Below are positions 6,761-13,460 of a stretch of DNA of 16,470 bases, one piece after another. The DNA lies in contig CAZXFU010000029.1 of assembly GCA_964640345.1 (NCBI GenBank), positions 1-16,470 of the forward strand, given 5' to 3'. Source of the stretch: an uncultured Eubacteriales bacterium (GTDB taxonomy: Bacteria; Bacillota; Clostridia; TANB77; RGIG9151). Numbering within the stretch: position 1 is the stretch's first letter; each line of letters begins with the position of its first letter. The notes beneath the pieces were generated by a model, which was given only the letters and a program-made list of their open reading frames with translations, had not been told where the DNA came from and did not search any database. A program made the translations under genes and the position numbers.

Positions 6761-6788
6761 TAGATTTCATCAAAAATTCAGAATACAC

Positions 6789-7094
6789 TTATGCAATAGT
6801 CAAAACTCCCATGAATCCTGTAATCTCAAACACTTCTTTTAATGTTTTGCTAGCATTCGTGATAACTAGCTGCCCTTGCAAAGCATTAATCTTTTTCTGT
6901 GTACTAAGTAATACTCTAAGACCTGCTGAACTAAGGTATGTAACACCTGCCATATCTAACTCTAAGTTTTTAACTTCATCACTAACTAAAAGCTCTGTAA
7001 TAGCATTTTCTAGCTCCGGAGCAGTATTTGTATCAAGTTTGCCCCCTAACTTTAAAACAATTCCATCTTCATTATTCTCCCTAACAATCTCCAT
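6789..7094 (-). CDS. STAS-domain anti-sigma-factor antagonist (SpoIIAA/RsbV family)
   Basis: LKLGGKLDTNTAPELENAI...LELDMAGVTYLSSAGLRVLLSTQKKINALQGQLVITNASKTLKEVFEITGFMGVL is typical of anti-anti-sigma proteins. A Ser is conserved at the phosphorylatable position (LSSAGL versus DSSGLG). The track start is a TTG at 7115. ATG 7094 (MEIVREN...) follows GAGGAGAGGA. Confidence 0.85.
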   Translation of the reverse strand: MEIVRENNEDGIVLKLGGKLDTNTAPELENAITELLVSDEVKNLELDMAGVTYLSSAGLRVLLSTQKKINALQGQLVITNASKTLKEVFEITGFMGVLTIA

Positions 7095-7111
7095 ATTACT
7101 CAATCCTCTCC

Positions 7112-7738
7112 TCAAAGTAAAATAAACGCCAACAAATTAACTGACATATGTCCGACTAACGGTGCAAAAATGCTATTAAATCGTTCAAATAAGAAAGCAT
7201 AAAATACTGCCGATAAAAAAGCAATCATCCCCCAAATAATATTGCCATGTATAATTCCAAACAAGGTTGCTTGTAATAACCCAGCAATGTATACATTAAT
7301 ATTCTTTTTTAGCTCGCCAAACAACAACCCCCTAAAAAGTAGCTCTTCGGACATCGGAGCAAAAATCACTATAGCCAAAAATCCTATAATGCTCTTTCCG
7401 TTAGAAAAATCGCTTTCAAGAGAATTTATCATATCATTTCTCATGCCTTCTGCAAACAAAAGTTGCACACTTTGGATCACGAGATTAATAAAAAGAGTCA
7501 AACATATAATAAATAAAACACTCTTAATTGAAATTCTCCTAATTCCTAACCTCTCACTAAACTCCCACCTGAAAATCCGTGCCATCACGAACACTAAACA
7601 AATAAATATAAGTGAACTAAAAATAGTACTAAGTAATATGTCACTTGGTATAGCACTCAAAAGAAATGACTGGCAAACGCCGAACAAAATAACATACCCA
7701 AAACACTTTGCAATCGACACTATAATATTCTTTATCAA
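7112..7738 (-). CDS. CPBP family intramembrane glutamic endopeptidase (CAAX protease/Abi family)
   Basis: Polytopic protein with the three CPBP motifs: EELLFRGLLF (EExxxR), FGIIHG (FxxxH) and GHMSVNL (HxxxN). TTG start at 7738 with GAGGAGA 7 nt upstream, 2 nt after the upstream stop. Confidence 0.85.
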   Translation of the reverse strand: MIKNIIVSIAKCFGYVILFGVCQSFLLSAIPSDILLSTIFSSLIFICLVFVMARIFRWEFSERLGIRRISIKSVLFIICLTLFINLVIQSVQLLFAEGMRNDMINSLESDFSNGKSIIGFLAIVIFAPMSEELLFRGLLFGELKKNINVYIAGLLQATLFGIIHGNIIWGMIAFLSAVFYAFLFERFNSIFAPLVGHMSVNLLAFILL

Positions 7739-7740
7739 AA

Positions 7741-8532
7741 CTAAATCTCCTCTTCTTCTAAAGTAGGATAAAAATACTCATTTATAACATTATTTACCTC
7801 AGTAAGTAATTCATCATTTCCCTTTGCGACCAGTCCAACATACTCAAGCAGTTTCCAGTCTGCCAAAGTATTAATTTCTAACGTGTCAGCATTCTCGGAA
7901 ACTACATTTTCTGCCTCGTTTTTATAACAAATAACTGCATCAATATTGTATAAAAGTAATTGGTCAATCGCATTATCTAAACTCTTGTACTGCTTAATAT
8001 CCGAAGCAACACCGGATACATCACTCTTAACCAAAGAAGTAAGCGGAGTATCTGAAATAAGTGCAACTTTTTTATCTGCAAAATCATGCAAACTAAAAAT
8101 TGTAACCCCCTTATTTGTAATAACATATGGCTCTTCTTTTGCAAAAACCAACGATTGATTAACCTTAAATTTGTCACTTTCATTTTTCTCAATTTTGCCA
8201 AACGCAATATCAACACTGCCATCCGTTATTAACTCAGCAACTTCGGCACGCGACGTTTTTATAAGATTAACTTTAACAGCATTCTTCTTAACAAAGTTCC
8301 CAATAATCTGCTCTTCAATATGATATATCTTGTCGTTTTCTTTCATTGCCTCATTATTTTCAGTTCCGGTGTCCTTATTCATAAACGGATATCTGTCTGT
8401 TGAAAAAGCTATATTTACGGTTCCATCTCCACGAATTTCCTCAATCGTCCTATATGCCACTTCTTCTTTACCACAGCCAGTAACCATAAACAGAATAAAT
8501 AAAAGCGGGATAAACTTAACAAATCTTTTCAT
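7741..8532 (-). CDS. Orphan family-3 solute-binding-protein-like lipoprotein (amino-acid SBP fold)
   Basis: Lipobox LFMVTG-C. SBP_bac_3-like layout: GTVNIAFSTDRYPFMNKD..., ...LITDGSVDIAFGKIEKNESD..., ...DFADKKVALISDTPL..., ...LLLYNIDAVICYKNEAE..., ...GLVAKGNDELLTEVNNVI. No cognate permease or ATPase is adjacent. Its SD (GGAGG) overlaps the TAG stop of the upstream VirB4 gene. Confidence 0.8.
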   Translation of the reverse strand: MKRFVKFIPLLFILFMVTGCGKEEVAYRTIEEIRGDGTVNIAFSTDRYPFMNKDTGTENNEAMKENDKIYHIEEQIIGNFVKKNAVKVNLIKTSRAEVAELITDGSVDIAFGKIEKNESDKFKVNQSLVFAKEEPYVITNKGVTIFSLHDFADKKVALISDTPLTSLVKSDVSGVASDIKQYKSLDNAIDQLLLYNIDAVICYKNEAENVVSENADTLEINTLADWKLLEYVGLVAKGNDELLTEVNNVINEYFYPTLEEEEI

Positions 8533-8543
8533 TTTTCATCCTC

Positions 8544-11210
8544 CTAACTAAACAATTCCTCAACACTAGGTGCAGCAACAATGTCAATACTTGTTCTACT
8601 CGTCGGACTGGTCACAACAAACGCCTGACCTCTTCCGTTATTTATAATCTTCTCTTGCTCACTTTCATTAATCTCGCCAGCTTTTTCATATAATTTACAC
8701 AAATCATGCATATCATTCGGTGCCAAAGCAAAAATAAATGAATACTGACAAGCATTTATAATAGCTGTAGACTTTCTTGCAATTTCTTCAGTCCCTACAA
8801 AATCCTTAATATTTTGTGTAATAATAATTTGCATACCATTATATTTTCTGATTCGTTTAGCCAATTGGAACATAAAGTCAAGTGCAATAGGATACTTTTC
8901 ATCAATAAAAACATGTGCCTCGTCAATAACAACTATTATTTTCCTATTAGCATTATATTTCATATTGTAATCTCTGTTTTTTATAATCTCGTTATCGAGC
9001 CATTTTAATACTAAAAGCATCTGAGCATTAGCAATTGTATTATTTTTGTTAGCAAGTAAACTTTGGAAATTAAACACAACAAAATTTTCTTCAGTAGAAA
9101 TCGTGGCTTCCCCATTCCACAAATTAGAGTTTCTGCCACCGGTAGAAAACTTTGAAATGTATGTAAGAAGCGTTCTTAAATTATTTTTACTATAATCTCC
9201 CTGCGTCTTTTGATATTCAAACAAAATAGCATCATATAAATCGTCAAATGTTGGAAAGTCCGCCGGTTTTAATTTACTTATATCTGTAGTTTCGTCAATT
9301 CCACGAGTAGCGTACACACGTAAAATCAAGTTGTTAAGATATTCCATTGCATCATTATCAAGTCCGTTTAAAATCTGTCTAAAAAATTCCTCTAGGAATT
9401 GTAAATGTGCCGAAAAACTTGTATTAACCGCATTTTCATCCTCTGTTTCATCAACACTTGCAACAATTTGAAACGGATTTAATCTGCCTTGTTTAGCACT
9501 TCCAACATCAATCAATTTGCCATGCAAATTTTTAGCAAGTGTAGCATACTCATTTTCAGGATCTAAAATAAATACCTTACTATCCTCAGCCGCTAAATTT
9601 GTAAGCATCATCTTTGTAGCATAAGATTTACCACTACCGGATTTTCCGATAATAACCATGTTGCTGTTAACTCTCTCTCTGTCTCTTCTAAAGAAATTCA
9701 AGAAAACAGGATAGCCATTACTGTTACCAAGGTTAATTCCGCCCGCGTCAGATAAAACACTATTAACAAATGGAAATACAGCAGCAACGGACGTCGAATG
9801 AATGCTTCTTGATTTCTTAATTAGCGGATCATATGCAGATAACTGACCACCAACATATGCATCAAACTGTTGCATAAACATATCATCAGTCTTAAAACCT
9901 TCTTCAGATAGAGCTCTCTTTACTCGTTTCTTAAAATTAACTCTTGATTTAGCCTTCTCTTCCGTAGTTCTTCTATCATAAACCGTAATATACACATTGA
10001 CTTCAAATAGTGTTTCATTATCACTCTGAAGCGTTGCCAAAACTTCAGACAAAGTATCTATATGATTAGTAAGCTCAATAATTTTACTTGTCTTTCCTGT
10101 CGCATTTCCCTGCCCACGAAGTTCATCAATCGCCCTATCAATACGCCTTACAGCCTGATATTTATCCACCGGCTTTAGTTTCATAACAACCTTAGTGTTA
10201 GGAATATCAAACAGTCTATAACCCCACGCATTATAAACCGACATAGGGAAATCTGTAATTCTTAAATTATGCGTAACTACGCCGTCATATTCAATAGTGC
10301 GTCCAAACATCTCAATTTTGTCCGGCAAAATCCAATCCATATAATTCTCTGGAGCAATATTTTCTATTTCTCTCTCATCAAAATCATACGTATAATTATA
10401 CTTTAAAAACACAGCAAGTTCTTTATCGTCTAACACCTTTACATTCATATTATTTGCAGTTAATGATTCATATGCAAACCTAAGCTGTTCCTCAATCAAA
10501 GTCTTATCGGTATCGTAAATAACAAGATAATGAAAAGCCTTAATAATATGAGCTTCTTTATTTATATAATTAATGTCTTCTCTTCTTTGAGTCAAAACAT
10601 TAAGCCTTACGTCAAGCTCTTCTTTTGTTAACATTCCATTAGAAAAAGCATTCCTTAATTCCGCAATCTTTTGATTTTCAGATACAATATAATCATCATA
10701 GTTGATTGGTCTGTCAATTTTTACGAGATTTGCAGCCTGTTCACCTGATAAATTTCTTAAAATTGAGCCAAACACTTTATCTATAAGATTATTTTGTCTA
10801 AACTCACTGTAGAATCTAAACTCAACAGGCGAAATCTCAATAACACCCGCAACATATTTCCCATTAAAATCAATTAACCCATTTTCAATTTTACTAAACG
10901 GAGTAATGTCATAAATATCATATTCCTTCTTTTTAGCCCTATTATTCGGATGTTTTACAAAATTTCTTTTATAAGATAAATGCCTTATAATGTTATTAAT
11001 AAGAACATATGTCTGATCATCATCAATTTTTACCAGCAATACAACAAATAACAGTGTAACCGCCAGCATAATCCAATACTTAAAAGCCAAATTTGACAAA
11101 AACAGGAACACAACAATAGTAATTCCTATTAGTCCTATAATCACATCTGCTAAACCAATCCCTTTAAAAAGTTCCATCTTAACTCTAGTGTTCTTTGGAA
11201 TAATACGCAT
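8544..11210 (-). CDS. VirB4-family type IV secretion/conjugal transfer ATPase with fused N-terminal VirB3/PrgI-like two-TM segment
   Basis: 888 aa. N-terminus IIPKNTRVKMELFKGIGLADVIIGLIGITIVVFLFL...WIMLAVTLLFVVLLV forms two TM helices in the style of small PrgI/TcpE/Orf17 proteins. Walker A IIGKSGSGKSY (nt 9624-9647) is followed by FILDPENEY. Walker B is IIVVIDEAHVF. Then KRIRKYNGMQIIITQNIKDF, typical of the VirB4 C-terminus. GGGGGG lies 6 nt upstream of the ATG. Confidence 0.85.
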   Translation of the reverse strand: MRIIPKNTRVKMELFKGIGLADVIIGLIGITIVVFLFLSNLAFKYWIMLAVTLLFVVLLVKIDDDQTYVLINNIIRHLSYKRNFVKHPNNRAKKKEYDIYDITPFSKIENGLIDFNGKYVAGVIEISPVEFRFYSEFRQNNLIDKVFGSILRNLSGEQAANLVKIDRPINYDDYIVSENQKIAELRNAFSNGMLTKEELDVRLNVLTQRREDINYINKEAHIIKAFHYLVIYDTDKTLIEEQLRFAYESLTANNMNVKVLDDKELAVFLKYNYTYDFDEREIENIAPENYMDWILPDKIEMFGRTIEYDGVVTHNLRITDFPMSVYNAWGYRLFDIPNTKVVMKLKPVDKYQAVRRIDRAIDELRGQGNATGKTSKIIELTNHIDTLSEVLATLQSDNETLFEVNVYITVYDRRTTEEKAKSRVNFKKRVKRALSEEGFKTDDMFMQQFDAYVGGQLSAYDPLIKKSRSIHSTSVAAVFPFVNSVLSDAGGINLGNSNGYPVFLNFFRRDRERVNSNMVIIGKSGSGKSYATKMMLTNLAAEDSKVFILDPENEYATLAKNLHGKLIDVGSAKQGRLNPFQIVASVDETEDENAVNTSFSAHLQFLEEFFRQILNGLDNDAMEYLNNLILRVYATRGIDETTDISKLKPADFPTFDDLYDAILFEYQKTQGDYSKNNLRTLLTYISKFSTGGRNSNLWNGEATISTEENFVVFNFQSLLANKNNTIANAQMLLVLKWLDNEIIKNRDYNMKYNANRKIIVVIDEAHVFIDEKYPIALDFMFQLAKRIRKYNGMQIIITQNIKDFVGTEEIARKSTAIINACQYSFIFALAPNDMHDLCKLYEKAGEINESEQEKIINNGRGQAFVVTSPTSRTSIDIVAAPSVEELFS

Positions 11211-11234
11211 TTTTAGCCCCCCAATTTTTTACTA

Positions 11235-13436
11235 CTACTTAGATAAAATATTCTTTTGTTCAGTCGAAAGACCAGTATTGCCACCTGTAGGCAATGATTT
11301 CGATGCACCGCCAGTCGCTTCGGACTTAACAATATTAGCCACTTCACTTGCCGCTCCGACTGCAACCTCCGCAATTCCCATCTCTGCAAGTGCAGCCTGC
11401 GGATCAATAAGTTTCATAAGCAAATTATGTGATTTAAACACCGCATAACACCCGGCAGTCAAAAGTAAAATCATAAAACCTGCATTTATAAAAGTATTTG
11501 TCGAAAAAACAACACTACCGTCAGTAACAATCGGTAAAACTATTCCTACAAATAACTTCATCATAATAACAAGTCCAAAACCAGAAACCAATTTTGCTAT
11601 AAACAATTTTCTCCAATCAGAAAATTTTTCGCACCCATCAAGTGAAATTGTCGCTGCAAAATACGGAGAAACAATAAATAACAAAATCAAATCAAAAATT
11701 CTTGTAACAAACATAATAATTGCAAGTGATAAAAGCAAAATTATGTATATACTTAAAAACAATCCGCCAATTATCTTAAAATACGAAAAATAAAAATACT
11801 CGGAAGAATCGGATGAACGTTCATATTTCGTACTGTTGTTATAAAATGAAATCCTTGCTCTATCTGTAAAAGACGGATTTTCAGAACAATCTTCATAATC
11901 TGTAGTCTCTTCCCCAAATGACAAAATCATAAACAGAGTATTACCCAAAGTCAAATTCGTTCCACTTGCATTTATCGTTATTATATCATCAATCTTAAGT
12001 AGAACAGCCGATGCAAGATTAATACTTATAATAACAAAAATCGGTACAATAGCATATGTCAAAAAGCTCTTTCCAATCTGACCCAAAATATTTCCTATTG
12101 ACTTTTCCCTATCATCAGTAAAAATTGCTCTAGTAACGCTGATTATAGCAAAAATCAAATTAAGTGCTATTCCTAAAATAAACACTCCCCAAAACACGTT
12201 TCTTATAGTAGTATCTTCAAACAACATATTTACAAAAATCGTACTAACTCCATCAACCATAATAGGTTTAGTGCCTGCAAAAATGCTAAAGATGTTCATA
12301 AGAGCATCTATAATTCTAAGCAAGAAAAGTAACGCTTCAAACATCCACATTCTTGCCCAAAATGTAACTATGTCGATATACAAGAAAAACAACTTTTCAA
12401 TAAGCCCACTTTGCTCAGTAAGCAATTTATTAAGTAACTCTAAAAACAAATCAAGAATTGGCTGAATAAGTGCATAAAGCATATTAACCAAAGTTCCAAA
12501 AGTTCCCTGCAAAGTATCAGATATCCTGTTTGACGCGTCCTCAATGCTAAGTCCAGACTCAGAATCAATATCAATATCGGCAGCAGTTTTTTCAAATTCT
12601 TCCTTAGTAAGTCGCTCAATAGGTGTTATATACTTTTCTTCAACAGTTAAAAATTCCAAATCATTCAAACTATAATGCCCATCATCATTAATAATTTCAA
12701 AATAATGCGTGCCGGCAGGTAATTCAATTTCTCCTGAAGCTTCAACATATTCCGAACTCGTTTCATTATGTTCAATGGTTGCAAGTTCTCCATTATCAAG
12801 CCTTAATACAAGTCTGTTTCCATCTGTACCTTCAAACTTACCCTTTGTAATAAATTTATATACCCCCGATTTATCCACAGCAATCTTGTAATCAACAAAA
12901 TCCCCGGGGTTCATATAAATGCTATTTTCGGAAAAAGTGCAACCGTATGATCCAAGCTTATCGCTAATAGGTATTTTCCCGGGCACAGAATTTCCACCGT
13001 TTAAGTTTCTTGTAACTAGAGAAAATTCCATATTTGAAAAATCCCAATTCTTTGCCAGTGAATGAACAGAAAGTTTATGCTTACCGGACGAAAACGATAT
13101 TGAAAAAATTATTTCTTCTTCATTCCCATCTTCATTCCAAGGTACTTTGCTCTCTTCCACAATTTTTTCTGAGTCACAATATATTTCAAATTTGCTATCA
13201 TCTTGGTATTCTTCATCTAAATTAGTAGCAAAAAACTTAAGTTCATACGTTCCGGGTACAACAACGTTTATTCCATAATCCAGCCAATCTGTTTCAGAGT
13301 TGTTTATATACCGTGATTTATGAATACTAAGGTCATAGTCGTCAGTAGCATGCGAAGAAAACGGTATACATATGAAAATTCCAAAAGTAAATGCTATAAA
13401 CATTAGCTTTTTTACTATGCTACTCAACACTATCAC
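11235..13436 (-). CDS. Secreted tandem CBM6/35-like beta-sandwich repeats fused to a polytopic membrane domain (putative VirB6/TrbL-analog T4SS channel subunit, paralog a)
   Basis: Signal peptide ...KKLMFIAFTFGIFICIPFSSHA-TDD. Two roughly 115-aa repeats share the pattern DW/F-x-DY-x-I-x-V...G-x-Y...(S/A)G-x-H...(M/L)EF. The C-terminal ~440 aa is multi-TM and paralogous to the next two ORFs (TRIFDLILLFIVSPYFAATISLDGCEKFSDWRKLFIAKLVSGFG). The start is ambiguous: GTG 13436/13430 or TTG 13427, after GGGGGTGA. That this is a real gene is near certain; the VirB6-like role is inferred from context and topology only. Confidence 0.6.
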   Translation of the reverse strand: MIVLSSIVKKLMFIAFTFGIFICIPFSSHATDDYDLSIHKSRYINNSETDWLDYGINVVVPGTYELKFFATNLDEEYQDDSKFEIYCDSEKIVEESKVPWNEDGNEEEIIFSISFSSGKHKLSVHSLAKNWDFSNMEFSLVTRNLNGGNSVPGKIPISDKLGSYGCTFSENSIYMNPGDFVDYKIAVDKSGVYKFITKGKFEGTDGNRLVLRLDNGELATIEHNETSSEYVEASGEIELPAGTHYFEIINDDGHYSLNDLEFLTVEEKYITPIERLTKEEFEKTAADIDIDSESGLSIEDASNRISDTLQGTFGTLVNMLYALIQPILDLFLELLNKLLTEQSGLIEKLFFLYIDIVTFWARMWMFEALLFLLRIIDALMNIFSIFAGTKPIMVDGVSTIFVNMLFEDTTIRNVFWGVFILGIALNLIFAIISVTRAIFTDDREKSIGNILGQIGKSFLTYAIVPIFVIISINLASAVLLKIDDIITINASGTNLTLGNTLFMILSFGEETTDYEDCSENPSFTDRARISFYNNSTKYERSSDSSEYFYFSYFKIIGGLFLSIYIILLLSLAIIMFVTRIFDLILLFIVSPYFAATISLDGCEKFSDWRKLFIAKLVSGFGLVIMMKLFVGIVLPIVTDGSVVFSTNTFINAGFMILLLTAGCYAVFKSHNLLMKLIDPQAALAEMGIAEVAVGAASEVANIVKSEATGGASKSLPTGGNTGLSTEQKNILSK

Positions 13437-13460
13437 CCCCTAATTTACAAATTAAAAAAA

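Noticed and set aside
6789-7115. STAS protein as a direct regulator of the nearby sigK
   Set aside because: Sigma-K is controlled by pro-protein processing (SpoIVFB pathway), not by partner switching. No anti-sigma kinase is present, and about 4 kb and several unrelated genes separate the two. The proximity is probably coincidental.
8544-11210. Alternative reading of the 888-aa ATPase as an FtsK/TcpA/VirD4-type coupling protein or a HerA-like helicase
   Set aside because: Several features fit VirB4/TraE-type ATPases better: the size, the long alpha/beta N-terminal domain before the Walker A, the FILDPENEY motif after the P-loop, DEAH followed by RKYN...TQN, and the VirB3-like N-terminus. This still needs profile confirmation.
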